A stretch of 64,000 nucleotides of DNA from Candidatus Latescibacterota bacterium (GCA_022823725.1 JAJEHL010000039.1:7632-71631); one strand, 5' to 3'. Positions 46,426 through 56,660 are shown, numbered from the stretch's first letter. A program made the numbers and translations. Notes: generated from the sequence alone by a model not told the origin.

Positions 46426-48201
46426 ATGCAATCCGAATCTGACCGCCGCGACCAGAGTGTGCTTTACGAACCCAATGAGCGGCCCCCAAATACCATTGCT
46501 TTCGCGCTTGGATTTCAGGCGGCTATGCTCTGTATTGCGGGCATTGTGATCACGCCGGTCATCGTGGTGAGGGCTGCGGGTGGGGGGGAGCCTTATCTGT
46601 CGTGGGCGGTTTTTGGTGCGCTTTTGGTCAGTGGGTTGACCACGGTGTTGCAGGCTGTGCGCGTTGGACGCATTGGCGCTGGCTATGTTCTCCTCATGGG
46701 CACTTCTGGCGCGTTTATCGCGGTTTGTGTGACAGCACTTGCCAAGGGCGGTCCGGCGATGCTCGCGACTCTGGTCGTCATCTCGTCGTTGTTCCAATTC
46801 GCGCTCTCGACGCGGCTTTCGCTGTTGCGACGAATCATTACGCCAACCGTGGCTGGAACGGTGATTATGTTGATCGCGGTGACCGTTATGCCGATCGTCT
46901 TTGATATGTTGGCCGATGTGCCCGAAGGTACGCCCTCGGCTGCCGCGCCCGCGTGTGCTATCGCAACCTTGTTCGTCATCGTGGTGCTCGCGTTGCGGGT
47001 TTCGGGTGTATGGCGCCTTTGGGTGCCAATCATCGGGATCGTTGTAGGATGCATTGTCGCTTCGTTTTTTGGGCTGTACGACATCCAGCGCGTTATTGAA
47101 GCTCCCTGGATAGGGTTTCCCGCAGGTGGCGGTTGGCCGGGTTTTGATTTCAGCTTTGGCCCTGTTTTCTGGTCGCTTCTTCCCGCTTTCATATTTGTGA
47201 CCCTGGTCGGTGCGATCGAAACAATAGGCGATTCTATCGCCATCCAGAAGGTTTCGTGGCGCACGCCCCGCGCGCCCGATTTTCGGGCGGTGCAGGGCGC
47301 TGTCACCGCAGATGGCGTGGGCAACTTGCTTTCTGGCATTGCGGGAACAGTTCCAAACACGACCTACTCGTCAAGTGTTTCAATCACGGAACTCACCGGC
47401 GTTGCCGCGCGCGGTGTCGGCGTGTGTATTGGTATTGTATTTGTGACGGCGTCCTTTCTGCCCAAAGTGTCGGCCCTCCTTCTGGCAATTCCCAATCCCG
47501 TGGTCGGGGCCTATGTGACGGTGCTGCTGGCACTTCTCTTTGTCGTGGGTATGCGGATCATCGTGCAGGATGGGGTAGATTATCGCAAGGCGATGATCGC
47601 GGGAACCGCATTCTGGATTGGCGCGGGATTTCAGGATCAGGCCATTTTTGCGGAATATCTCGGCGAGTGGTGGGGGGCACTGCTCGGCAATGGGATGACG
47701 GCTGGCGGCCTCACGGCGATTTTCCTGACGCTGTTTATGGAGTTGACAGCACCGCGCCGGCAGCGCGTGGAGACCGCGCTCACTGTCGAGGCTTTGCCAG
47801 AGATTATGGCTTTCCTCGAAAAATTCGCTTCGCGCAGGGGTTGGGACGCCGGGATGACGAATCGTCTCTGTCTATCTGCCGAAGAAACCCTCCTGATTCT
47901 CATTCAGCAAGGGGAGGACGAACAGGCGGAGAAACGCTTGCTTCTAATTGTGCGCAGCGATGGCGGTAATGGCGCGGAACTCGAGTTTATCGCTTCGACG
48001 GGTGAGGGGAATATTGAGGACCGCATGGCCTATCTTAGAGAACAGACGGAAGAGATGCCGGTAGAGCATGAAATCTCGCTGCGATTGCTTCAGCATTTCA
48101 CATCGTCTGTGCGTCACCAGCAATATCACGATGCGGATATTGTAACGGTTCGCGTTGAGGCTCCGGTGGGAGAGAAAAAGTCAAAAGAAGAAGGCGAATA
48201 A
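46426..48201 (+). CDS. NCS2-family nucleobase (xanthine/uracil) permease with ~150-aa C-terminal cytoplasmic extension
   Basis: There are multiple TM helices, and ...SVSITELTGVAARGVGVCIG... is an NCS2-like motif. The C-terminal soluble region (...RLCLSAEETLLILIQ...ELEFIAS...) is not part of canonical NCS2 transporters. Confidence 0.6.
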   Translation: MQSESDRRDQSVLYEPNERPPNTIAFALGFQAAMLCIAGIVITPVIVVRAAGGGEPYLSWAVFGALLVSGLTTVLQAVRVGRIGAGYVLLMGTSGAFIAVCVTALAKGGPAMLATLVVISSLFQFALSTRLSLLRRIITPTVAGTVIMLIAVTVMPIVFDMLADVPEGTPSAAAPACAIATLFVIVVLALRVSGVWRLWVPIIGIVVGCIVASFFGLYDIQRVIEAPWIGFPAGGGWPGFDFSFGPVFWSLLPAFIFVTLVGAIETIGDSIAIQKVSWRTPRAPDFRAVQGAVTADGVGNLLSGIAGTVPNTTYSSSVSITELTGVAARGVGVCIGIVFVTASFLPKVSALLLAIPNPVVGAYVTVLLALLFVVGMRIIVQDGVDYRKAMIAGTAFWIGAGFQDQAIFAEYLGEWWGALLGNGMTAGGLTAIFLTLFMELTAPRRQRVETALTVEALPEIMAFLEKFASRRGWDAGMTNRLCLSAEETLLILIQQGEDEQAEKRLLLIVRSDGGNGAELEFIASTGEGNIEDRMAYLREQTEEMPVEHEISLRLLQHFTSSVRHQQYHDADIVTVRVEAPVGEKKSKEEGE

Positions 48202-48226
48202 TTACCCAAAAATGTAGAGGTTTAAT

Positions 48227-48715
48227 ATGGTGGATTTTAAGACAATGGCCGCAGATGTGGGTGCGTTGCTAAAAGAAAAAGGACAGACCGTGTCGGTGGC
48301 AGAGTCTTCGGCGGGTGGAATTATTTCAGCAGCACTTTTGGCTGTGCCGGGGGCTTCGGCTTATTTCAAGGGTGGTGGGGTGTGTTATACGGGTGATTCA
48401 AAGCAGACATTGATGGCTGTTTCAGATGCGGCAATGGGCGAGGCGCGGGCTGCGACAAAGACGCACGCACTGCATCTGGCTCGCGCTGCGCGCGAACGTT
48501 TGGGGGCGGATTGGGGCATCGGCGAGACGGGCGCGGCTGGTCCGACGGGAAATCGGTACGGCGATCCGCCCGGTCATACGTGTATCGGCGTTGTGGGGCC
48601 AGATACCGAGCGTGCGATTGCGAGCGCAACGGGCAGCGAGAACCGGGGCGAGAATATGGAAGTGTTTGCCCGCGAAGCATTAGATCTGCTGGTTGAATGC
48701 TTGCAGCGGGATTGA
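48227..48715 (+). CDS. CinA C-terminal domain protein (nicotinamide-nucleotide amidohydrolase PncC-like)
   Basis: ...TVSVAESSAGGIISAALLAVPGASAYFKGGGVCY... is the CinA-C signature. Confidence 0.75.
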   Translation: MVDFKTMAADVGALLKEKGQTVSVAESSAGGIISAALLAVPGASAYFKGGGVCYTGDSKQTLMAVSDAAMGEARAATKTHALHLARAARERLGADWGIGETGAAGPTGNRYGDPPGHTCIGVVGPDTERAIASATGSENRGENMEVFAREALDLLVECLQRD

Positions 48716-48733
48716 TTGTCCAAGGAGGGAGAT

Positions 48734-49981
48734 ATGGCAGAGTTAGCACTGTTGGGAGGCGAGCGTGAGGTAAAAGAGAAGGATGATATTTTATGGCCGA
48801 TGTATGATGCGGCCGAAAGAGATGCTCTTATTGAGGTGCTGGAGAGCCGGGCGTGGTACAATTCCTCGAAGTGCCAGGAGTTTGAAGAGACGTTTGCGGC
48901 GTTTCAAGATGCGAAATACGGGATCGCGTGTACTGGCGGCACGGTGGCTCTGGAGATGATTTGTCGCGGGGCGGGCATTGGCGTAGGCGATGAGGTGATT
49001 ACGAGTGCATATACGTTTATCGGTACGTGTTCGGGGATTCTGAAAGCAGGTGCTACGGTTGTTTTTTGCGATATAGACCCGGATACCAATAATCTCGATG
49101 TGGCGGAGGTCGAAAATCTCATCACAGAGCGCACGAAGGGGATTATGCCGGTGCATTTTGGTGGGTTGGCGTGTGATCTCCAGCGGTTGTTGGATATTGC
49201 CGAGCGACACAATCTCGCGATTTTAGAAGATGCGGCGCACGGGTGGGGATCTACTTATCGGGATCGCGGGCTGGGCAGTTGGGGACTGGCTTCGGGATTT
49301 TCTTTTCAGCAGAGCAAAAATATGACGGGTGGAGATGGGGGCATTGCCCTGACCAATGACGAGGCAGTTGCCGATGCGATTGGCTGTGCGACTAATGTCG
49401 GGCGGTCGCGGTATGGTCGTACGGAGGAATCTCGACAATGGGGTGGGAACCATCGGATGACGGAGTTTGTCGCTGCGGTCTTATTGTGCCAGTTGAAGCG
49501 CATTCCCGAGCATACGGAGATCCGCGAACAAAATGGGGCGATGTTGACGCGCACGTTGTCGGAGGTTGAGGGTATTGAGCCGATTCACCGGTTGGAAGAT
49601 GCAACCCGCGTCAACTGGCATGTGTATGGTGCGCGGTATTTATCCGAGGCGTTTGATGGCGTTTCACGCGATGCATTTGTCAGGGCGATACGCGCTGAAG
49701 GTGTGCCGGTGAGTACGGGATACGAGACGCCGGTTTACAAACATCCGGTTTTTCAAGAGGATTGGAAAGCACGCGATTACACGCCTTTTGCGTGGACAGA
49801 TGCGGCGCAGGATTATCGCTCGTTGCACTTGCCAAAGGTCGAGCAGTATTGCAGGGAACGGCTGTCGATAAGCCAGAGGGCTTTGCTGGCTTCTGAAACG
49901 CGGATGCGGGATATGGCGCGCGCATTTGTCAAGGTGCGCGAAAATGCAGATAAGCTTCGGGAATGGGAGAGAAGTAACTAA
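48734..49981 (+). CDS. DegT/DnrJ/EryC1/StrS-family PLP aminotransferase (sugar aminotransferase/dehydratase)
   Basis: ...CTGGTVALEMICRGAGIGVGDEVITSAYTFIGTCSGILKAGATVVFCDID... is the DegT family fold. AGGAGG RBS. Confidence 0.75.
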   Translation: MAELALLGGEREVKEKDDILWPMYDAAERDALIEVLESRAWYNSSKCQEFEETFAAFQDAKYGIACTGGTVALEMICRGAGIGVGDEVITSAYTFIGTCSGILKAGATVVFCDIDPDTNNLDVAEVENLITERTKGIMPVHFGGLACDLQRLLDIAERHNLAILEDAAHGWGSTYRDRGLGSWGLASGFSFQQSKNMTGGDGGIALTNDEAVADAIGCATNVGRSRYGRTEESRQWGGNHRMTEFVAAVLLCQLKRIPEHTEIREQNGAMLTRTLSEVEGIEPIHRLEDATRVNWHVYGARYLSEAFDGVSRDAFVRAIRAEGVPVSTGYETPVYKHPVFQEDWKARDYTPFAWTDAAQDYRSLHLPKVEQYCRERLSISQRALLASETRMRDMARAFVKVRENADKLREWERSN

Positions 49982-50000
49982 ACGAATAGAGGAGACGATC

Positions 50001-50720
50001 ATGTTTGAAAATGCAATTGGACTAAAGCAGAAATACCGCAATGGCGAACGCATTATTGGCGTGTCTATGGCACCGAATACACCGCCGGATCGGTTTGATC
50101 AGATTATGGATAAAGATGATTACGATTTCGTGTCTATTGATAGCCAGCATACGCCGTTGAGCGAAGAGCGCATTGCGGCGTTTTGCGATATGGCTGCCGA
50201 GCGCGATGTGTTCGTGCAGTTTCGGATTAAACACACGCGCAATGCCTATTTGATTGGCAATTATCTCGATTTGGGTCCGTGTGGGATCGAGATTCCGCAG
50301 ACCGAGTTGGAAGAGACGGTTGATGATGCGTTGCACTATTTTTATTATCCGCCAGATGGAGGGCGCAGTTTTGGCGGGGGACATCGGCGAGGCGCGGAAG
50401 GTAAAGAGGCAGAGGAGTACGCGGATTGGTGGAATAGCTTTGGGATTTTGTGGTTGCAGATTGAGTCGGTAGAGGCTGCAACGCGCGGGCATTTGCTCGC
50501 GAAGGCGGGTGTGGATTGTTTGTCGATGGGTCCGACGGATTTGTCTATGAGCATTAAGGCACATCCGCAACACTGGTTGAAATCTGTGGATGATACGATT
50601 GCGTATTTGTGCAGGTCTTTGGAAGGGACTGGCGTGGCGGTCTGTCATCGCAATCGCACACCGGATACGCGCGAGAAATACGCCGATATGGGGGTGACGG
50701 TGTTTTTGGAGAGTGCGTAA
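50001..50720 (+). CDS. HpcH/HpaI-family aldolase (2-keto-3-deoxy-acid aldolase / citrate-lyase-beta-like)
   Basis: ...VSIDSQHTPLSEERIAAFCDMA... and ...LQIESVEAATRGHLLAKAGVDCLSMGPTDLSMS... match the HpcH/HpaI aldolase. GAGGAG RBS. Confidence 0.65.
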   Translation: MFENAIGLKQKYRNGERIIGVSMAPNTPPDRFDQIMDKDDYDFVSIDSQHTPLSEERIAAFCDMAAERDVFVQFRIKHTRNAYLIGNYLDLGPCGIEIPQTELEETVDDALHYFYYPPDGGRSFGGGHRRGAEGKEAEEYADWWNSFGILWLQIESVEAATRGHLLAKAGVDCLSMGPTDLSMSIKAHPQHWLKSVDDTIAYLCRSLEGTGVAVCHRNRTPDTREKYADMGVTVFLESA

Positions 50721-50852
50721 AGACATGTCATCCGCAGATGAACGCAGATAGACACAGATAAAAGGCGGATACGACGGTCTTTTTGGAGAATGTGTAGGTG
50801 CGGGTTTGAAACCCGCACCTGCGGCCCACCCAAATTTCAGGAGGTTAATACC

Positions 50853-52085
50853 ATGCCTGCTATGCCAGCGAGAGAGATTCCATTGTCCGATGCGCCGCGA
50901 GATGAGGTGAATGCTGCGGATTTTTTTGATCGGGAATCTATGACATGTGGTCTGGAAGATGCGGTTGCATCGTTGCCAGAGAGCGGTGGTCGGGTGCGTA
51001 TTCCAGCGGGTACATATCTTTTGCGCAAGACGCTGTACGTGCCCAGTCGGGTGAGTTTGATCGGAGATGGGCCAGCGACGGTGTTGAGGATTCGGCCTTT
51101 GCAGGTGGCTTATCTGTCAAAAGATATTCGCAAAGGTGGTCGGGTGTTGACCTGTAAGACTGAGCCGCCTTTTCGCGTGGGTGAGGGGATTGGGGTTTGC
51201 GACGATAAGCACAGGGGATGGTGGGGTACGCATGGGGAGGTCGAACGGGTTGTGGGCAATCGCGTGTGGATGAATGTGCCGTTTAATCGGCGATTGTTGG
51301 CGTGTGACAATGCTCGGGTGGTGAATTTGTTTCCCTGTATATGGGCAGAGGGTGAGACGGATATTGAGATACGGGATTTGACGATTAAGGGACCTGAAGA
51401 TTACGAGGGTGATTGGTGGGATTTTACGTATTCGGCGGTGCATATTGTGGGCTGTGAGCGCGTACGCGTTCTGAATTGTTCGGTGTTTGGATGGCCCAGC
51501 GATGGGTTTGGGATTCAGCGCGGTTGCGATGCCCAGGTAGCGCATTGTCAGGCTCATGAATGTCGCGGGCATGGATTTCATCCCGGAACGGGGTTGGCGC
51601 GAAGTGTGTGGTCGCACAATATTGGGAAGGGAAATGGGGGCGATGGGTATTATTTTTGTGCGCGGGTGCATCATTCGGTGTGTAGCGATAGCGTGTTTTC
51701 CGAAAATGGACAACACGGGATTGGCGGTGTGGCAAATGGTGGGGATCACCACAATATTGTGAGTAATAATGTGTGTTCGTACAATGGGATGTGTGGGATA
51801 GATGCCAATAGAGGGGATGAGCAGGTGATTACGGGGAATTTGTTGCTGAGCAATTCCCGGGCGGAAAAGGGAGAATATCCCGGTATCCGCGTACACGATT
51901 TGACTCATTCGATCATGCAGGGCAATCGGTGTGCAGACGATCAGGAAAAGCCGACGCAGTTGAAGGGTATTGAGGAGAGCGGTGAGAGCGACTATAATTT
52001 GATTAGCGGTAATTTGTGTGTGGGGATGGATAAGGCTGTTGCTGTTGTGGGGAGAAATAGCCGGGCAGAGGGAAATTTGGTGTGA
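50853..52085 (+). CDS. right-handed parallel beta-helix (pectin-lyase-fold) protein
   Basis: Repetitive NxxxxN/G beta-helix rungs (...HNIVSNNVCSYNGMCGIDANRGDEQVITGNLLLSN...). The function is not assignable. Confidence 0.5.
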   Translation: MPAMPAREIPLSDAPRDEVNAADFFDRESMTCGLEDAVASLPESGGRVRIPAGTYLLRKTLYVPSRVSLIGDGPATVLRIRPLQVAYLSKDIRKGGRVLTCKTEPPFRVGEGIGVCDDKHRGWWGTHGEVERVVGNRVWMNVPFNRRLLACDNARVVNLFPCIWAEGETDIEIRDLTIKGPEDYEGDWWDFTYSAVHIVGCERVRVLNCSVFGWPSDGFGIQRGCDAQVAHCQAHECRGHGFHPGTGLARSVWSHNIGKGNGGDGYYFCARVHHSVCSDSVFSENGQHGIGGVANGGDHHNIVSNNVCSYNGMCGIDANRGDEQVITGNLLLSNSRAEKGEYPGIRVHDLTHSIMQGNRCADDQEKPTQLKGIEESGESDYNLISGNLCVGMDKAVAVVGRNSRAEGNLV

Positions 52086-52090
52086 TATGT

Positions 52091-52120
52091 AGGGGCGACC
52101 CCCTGTGGTCGCCCGCTTTT
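52091..52120 (+). terminator. intrinsic terminator (GGGCGACC-loop-GGTCGCCC + GCTTTTT)
   Basis: A perfect 8-bp GC-rich inverted repeat with a 6-nt loop and T-run lies immediately after the beta-helix gene stop. Confidence 0.6.
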
Positions 52121-52134
52121 TCAGGAGATGAATC

Positions 52135-52923
52135 ATGCTGACAGAAAAGCAAGTGGCGGAGTTTCACGAGAATGGGTTTTTGAATGGGGGACCGGTGCTG
52201 GACGACGCGCAGGTCGAGGTGTTGCGCGAGGAATTGTACCGTGTGATTGAGAATAAAGATCGCGATGATGTATCGCAGCCGGTTTTGTTGCGCAATTTGG
52301 GCGGTAATGATTCGGCGCCGGTCTGGCAGATTGTGAATATCTGGGAAGCGAGTGAGGCGTTTAGGAATTTGATGTATTCAGAGAAGATTGTAGAGGAGGT
52401 GGCGCAGTTGACCGGGGCGACGGAGTTGCGTATCTGGCATGATCAGATTCAGTACAAGCCCGCTGAAATTGGAGGGACGACCGGATGGCATCAGGACGCG
52501 CCGCTGTGGCCGATTATTCGACCGATGACAGAGGTGAGCGCGTGGGTGGCATTGGACGATGTGGATGTGGAAAATGGATGTATGAGTATGGTGCCAGGGT
52601 CGCACAAGTGGGGCAATCAGATTGCGTTTGTGCGACAGGTAAAGGATTTTGACGCCATGCCCTCAGAGTTTGAAGGTCAATCCATATCGGTGGTGCGCCG
52701 ACCGGTGAAAAAGGGAGAGGTGCATTATCACCACGCTCTGACCTGGCACGGTTCCCACGATAATCGCAGCAAGCGACCCCGACGCGCGATTGCGATTCAC
52801 TATATGACGCAGGATACGTATTACGATGCGAGCGGCGATCACGCGATGAAGGAATTTGTAACCGTGGAAGATGGCGAGATTTTGCGGGGGGAACATTTTC
52901 CAACGGTGTGGAGGGCTGAGTAG
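52135..52923 (+). CDS. phytanoyl-CoA dioxygenase (PhyH) family Fe(II)/2OG oxygenase
   Basis: MLTEKQVAEFHENGFL..., ...WHQDAPLWP... and ...HYHHALTWHGSHDN... are PhyH family motifs. Confidence 0.75.
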   Translation: MLTEKQVAEFHENGFLNGGPVLDDAQVEVLREELYRVIENKDRDDVSQPVLLRNLGGNDSAPVWQIVNIWEASEAFRNLMYSEKIVEEVAQLTGATELRIWHDQIQYKPAEIGGTTGWHQDAPLWPIIRPMTEVSAWVALDDVDVENGCMSMVPGSHKWGNQIAFVRQVKDFDAMPSEFEGQSISVVRRPVKKGEVHYHHALTWHGSHDNRSKRPRRAIAIHYMTQDTYYDASGDHAMKEFVTVEDGEILRGEHFPTVWRAE

Positions 52924-52927
52924 ATAA

Positions 52928-53407
52928 CTACACTTTGCGGTCTTTCAACGGCATTGCGTAGTGGATTTGTCGGGCGACTGCGGTAAAGCCCGAGCGCGGA
53001 TAAAAGTTCTGTCCAACGGGATTCTGGTCGAGGGTTTCGATTTTTGCCACGGCCATTTCCTGTTCTTCAAAATAGTCAAAGGCGGCTGTCATCAATGCTT
53101 TGCCGATTCCCTGGCCCTGGTATTCGGGCAAGACGGCGAGGTTGGGTATGCCGCCTATTTTGCTTTCATGGTCGATGCGCGTGGTGATGTAGGCCGCGAC
53201 TTTGCCGTTGTCTTCCCAAACGAAGATACCATCGGCATTGGCCGCGACGTCCGCGTCTATGTGTTTGGCTTTGCGGGTTTTCCAATCTGTGTCGGCAAAT
53301 TGACCGAAGTTTTTTTCGATATTCTGATCAATCGATACCCCATCAAAACAAATGACGGTGATTTCTTTGAGGGCGTCGAGGTCTTTGGGGCGGTATTTTC
53401 GGATCAT
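52928..53407 (-). CDS. GNAT-family N-acetyltransferase
   Basis: ...AVLPEYQGQGIGKALMTAAFDYFEE... is the acetyl-CoA-binding motif A. Confidence 0.8.
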   Translation of the reverse strand: MIRKYRPKDLDALKEITVICFDGVSIDQNIEKNFGQFADTDWKTRKAKHIDADVAANADGIFVWEDNGKVAAYITTRIDHESKIGGIPNLAVLPEYQGQGIGKALMTAAFDYFEEQEMAVAKIETLDQNPVGQNFYPRSGFTAVARQIHYAMPLKDRKV

Positions 53408-53420
53408 TGGGATAGTCCTT

Positions 53421-53539
53421 TATGCACCGATGCGGACGAGGGCCAGTGTGAGAAAGATAATGCCGATCACACAGATCCATGTGACGATGAAGCCTATGAC
53501 TGTTTCTTTGGATGGTTTTCGAATTTCAAGGCCAAACAT
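53421..53539 (-). CDS. small membrane protein, 39 aa (MFGLEIRKPSKETVIGFIVTWICVIGIIFLTLALVRIGA)
   Basis: Not in the ORF track (<60 aa). A strong AGGAGG RBS lies 5 nt upstream of the ATG. It is a single hydrophobic helix, between the GH gene and the GNAT gene on the same strand. Confidence 0.3.
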
Positions 53540-53555
53540 AATAGCCTCCTCGGAA

Positions 53556-55097
53556 TTAGTTGCGCGATAATTCTAAGATGCCAAAACTGTTTTTGGGAAT
53601 CAAGAGATTATTGCAAGCACCAGACCATTCGCGGATCGCGACTTCTATTTTGCCCGCGCCTTCCATTTCCGCATTGCCTCCGTTTGATGCATTGAGCCTT
53701 TCATGGGCTACGTAGCGGTATGTGAGCGCGCCTTCAAATTTTTTGCCGTCGATGGTGAGGCTCGGCGACAGGTCGTCTGCTGTGCGGTTGCTGATGAGAA
53801 CAAAAAGGTGCGAGGTGCTTCCGACTGCTTGTGCTTGAATGCCCGGTATTTGTTTTCCCTCGTATTCGAGTTGTCCATTGAGGATGGGTGGATTTTGGAC
53901 GGAGAGGGCGAATTTCGCGTCCGATTGCGCGAATGCTTCTCCAATTAATTGAAGGGGATAGTAGGTCGCGCGCCGAATTGTTTTTCCAAAATCCGCCTCT
54001 GGTTCGCCTCCGTATTTCCAATTGGTTCTCGGCGATGGGGGTGTGATTGGGGAGAATGCGGGAAATCCTTTGCCGGGACCAGCTATTACGTGAAAGTTTG
54101 CATGGGTAATGCGCGGTTGCGTGAGCATTTTTAAGAAGAAGTCGCCCGCGTACATGGCGTGCAGTTGTGTATTGGCGACCCGGTTTGCGGGGTTGGCGAT
54201 ATTCCACTCGGTTATCCACATTTCTTTGTTGGGGAATAATTTTTTATAGTAGTCCATGGCGTCGTCGAAGTCGCAGTGGATCCAACCAAAGAGATAGCCC
54301 CGATATTCCTCAATTTCTTTTTTTCGAGCGGTTCGATACGCATAGACGTGAACGGTATAGGCGTCGTAAAATTGATCCGCAGCCGCCAATGCACTATCCC
54401 ATTTGCGTTGATCCACGTTTTTTTCAAAGCCGTTTTTGTGGAAGGCTACCGGGCTTGCACAGACCGAGACTTTTATCGTTGGGTCAATCGCTTTCATCGC
54501 CTGTGCGTGTTTTTGAGCTTGTGCGATATAGGTTTCGGCAGAGGGATATTTTTCCGCGTACCAAGGTAGGTAGTACTCATTTCCGAGTTCCCAATACGCG
54601 ATTTCGTATCCCTTGTTTTTTGCGTATTGAACCCATCCAGCACTTTCTTTTGGGCTCCCCGTCCAAAGATTGACGACTGCGATGGGCGTTATTTTTAGCG
54701 CGTTGCACATCTGCATGAAGTCGTCAAATGCAAGTCTCCCATTTCTCCTTTTTCTCAGTCTGACAAAATTGCCTCTGTTTCGTCTGTTGAGTTGCTCGCT
54801 GGTGGTTGAACTCATTTCACTCTGGATAAATCCAGCTATTTTCCAGTGGTAAAAATTGCCGATTGTGCCTCCGGGAAAACGCAGTGTTTGGGGTTGCAGG
54901 TCTTTTGTGAGCGCGACGAAGTTAGAGTCGAGATAACCGTAGTCACCGCTCATCATGTTCGTGTTGAAGCCGTAGAGGCTTTTGGGGAGGGGTTGCGTCT
55001 GGTCAGTTTTTAGATGTAGTACAGGATCGGCGGCTTGAGAGGAATACCCCAAACTCGTGTAAAATACCGCGATAAGCAATATGGACCTGAGACGCAT
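53556..55097 (-). CDS. secreted clan GH-A glycoside hydrolase (GH5/GH51/GH79-like)
   Basis: A signal peptide is present, ...YWELGNEYY... supplies the acid/base NEP-type motif, and ...MWITEWNIA... the nucleophile. ...LRFPGGTIGNFYHW... is a GH-A (beta/alpha)8 barrel block. Confidence 0.65.
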   Translation of the reverse strand: MRLRSILLIAVFYTSLGYSSQAADPVLHLKTDQTQPLPKSLYGFNTNMMSGDYGYLDSNFVALTKDLQPQTLRFPGGTIGNFYHWKIAGFIQSEMSSTTSEQLNRRNRGNFVRLRKRRNGRLAFDDFMQMCNALKITPIAVVNLWTGSPKESAGWVQYAKNKGYEIAYWELGNEYYLPWYAEKYPSAETYIAQAQKHAQAMKAIDPTIKVSVCASPVAFHKNGFEKNVDQRKWDSALAAADQFYDAYTVHVYAYRTARKKEIEEYRGYLFGWIHCDFDDAMDYYKKLFPNKEMWITEWNIANPANRVANTQLHAMYAGDFFLKMLTQPRITHANFHVIAGPGKGFPAFSPITPPSPRTNWKYGGEPEADFGKTIRRATYYPLQLIGEAFAQSDAKFALSVQNPPILNGQLEYEGKQIPGIQAQAVGSTSHLFVLISNRTADDLSPSLTIDGKKFEGALTYRYVAHERLNASNGGNAEMEGAGKIEVAIREWSGACNNLLIPKNSFGILELSRN

Positions 55098-55106
55098 GGC
55101 GCTTCC

Positions 55107-56648
55107 CTACTCCATAACAACTTTTATACCTGCTTCGCGCAATTTGTGCTCTTGTCCAACGGGTGTGTGGAGCAAGGTGTAAAAGCGGTCGAGTCGTTCT
55201 TTGTCTTGCGGTTTGGTGAGTTTGCTGACGATGATGAGTGCGGCAAAGCCACCGGCGATGTAGAGCACATAGCGATAGGGCAATTCCCAGCCGAGGCCGC
55301 CAATGTAGATGCCCAGGCTTTCCAAATTGATGATTGTTTGACCGGATATGGCGAATAAGAATGCCGAGACGATCAGGCCCGCCCAGGCGCCGGGTGCATT
55401 GCACCTGCGCCAGAGAATACCTCCCCAAAATGCAATCCCAAAGAATGCCACGAGCGACCAGGAGAGGCGAATAATCGCGACGACAGAGGTGAAATAGAGC
55501 GCGATGATGATGCCGAATATGACCAGTATGAGGGCGACGATGCGACCTGTGGTGAGGTAGTGTTTGTCGTCGGCTTCGGGTTTGAAGAGGGGTTTGTAAA
55601 AGTTTTCGACAAAGAGGGCGGCGCCATCGACCATAAATGAGTCGCAGGTGGACATGACCGCGGCGATCATTGAGGCGAGCATGATGCCGATGAGACCGAT
55701 GGGCAAGAGGTCGCGCGAGGCGAGTCCAAAAGCGTGTTCAGGATCGTCGATGTTGGGGTAAAGGGCAATGCAGGCTACGCCGGTAAATGCCCAGGCTACG
55801 GTGCAGAGGCGTTTGATCATGTTGCCGTATGTGAATCCCACGCGGGCTTCGCGTTCGGTTTTGCCCGCACCGCCAATTTCCATGTGGTGGGGTTGGGCAA
55901 TGATGCCGACGAGGGCGTTGATGACGACCATGACGATGAAGAAGGGCGTGATGCGGTCGTATCCGGGCGGGGGATCGCCGGGTGCTGCAAGGCTAAATTT
56001 TTCAATGGGGACTTGCTGGTGAAGGCCGGTGAAGCCGCCGACGCCGTCGATGACAAAGGGGATGAGGAGAAAAGAGAGGACGATGATAAAGATGCCCTGG
56101 ATAAAGTCGGTGATGATGGCTGCGGGCAGGCCGCCTAACAGACCGTAGGAGAGGAAGAGGACGGTCATCACACCGATGGCGATTTCGGGGGAAATCGCAC
56201 CGCCGGTCATGGCACTGGCTGTTTTGCCCGTGCCCAGGAGCATGATGCCTATTTGTATGGCAAAGTAGAGCAGGCCATAGAGGGCGTAGAAATAACCGAG
56301 CGAGTTGCTGAACCGGTCTTCAAAGAAGTCCGCGATGGTGAGATAGCGCAGTCTTCGCCATATTGGCGCGATGAGCCAATAGAAGGGGGTGGCAAATAAA
56401 TAGAGCCATTGATACCATATTCCCGCCATGCCCAATTTGTAGGAGGCTCCTGCAACGGTGACGGCCTGATCTGTGTGGGTGCCGGTGCCAAAGGCGTGCA
56501 TGATCATAAATGCTTTGCCAAAGCTGCGTCCACCCATAAAATAGTCGCCCGTATTTTTGATTTTGCGGGCGACCCATAAGCCGGCAATCATGATGCCAAT
56601 TAAATAGATGGCGAGGGTGGCAAAGTCCAGCGCGTGTAGTCCAAGCAT
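55107..56648 (-). CDS. sodium:solute symporter (SSF family)
   Basis: 513 aa with about 13 TM helices and an SSS-like N-terminus (...DYFMGGRSFGK...). Confidence 0.8.
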   Translation of the reverse strand: MLGLHALDFATLAIYLIGIMIAGLWVARKIKNTGDYFMGGRSFGKAFMIMHAFGTGTHTDQAVTVAGASYKLGMAGIWYQWLYLFATPFYWLIAPIWRRLRYLTIADFFEDRFSNSLGYFYALYGLLYFAIQIGIMLLGTGKTASAMTGGAISPEIAIGVMTVLFLSYGLLGGLPAAIITDFIQGIFIIVLSFLLIPFVIDGVGGFTGLHQQVPIEKFSLAAPGDPPPGYDRITPFFIVMVVINALVGIIAQPHHMEIGGAGKTEREARVGFTYGNMIKRLCTVAWAFTGVACIALYPNIDDPEHAFGLASRDLLPIGLIGIMLASMIAAVMSTCDSFMVDGAALFVENFYKPLFKPEADDKHYLTTGRIVALILVIFGIIIALYFTSVVAIIRLSWSLVAFFGIAFWGGILWRRCNAPGAWAGLIVSAFLFAISGQTIINLESLGIYIGGLGWELPYRYVLYIAGGFAALIIVSKLTKPQDKERLDRFYTLLHTPVGQEHKLREAGIKVVME

Positions 56649-56660
56649 ATATCTCCTCTC

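Noticed and set aside
51117-52136. 339-aa minus-strand ORF
   Set aside because: It is antisense to the beta-helix gene. It is His/Pro/Arg-rich with no recognisable family and is a spurious long ORF.
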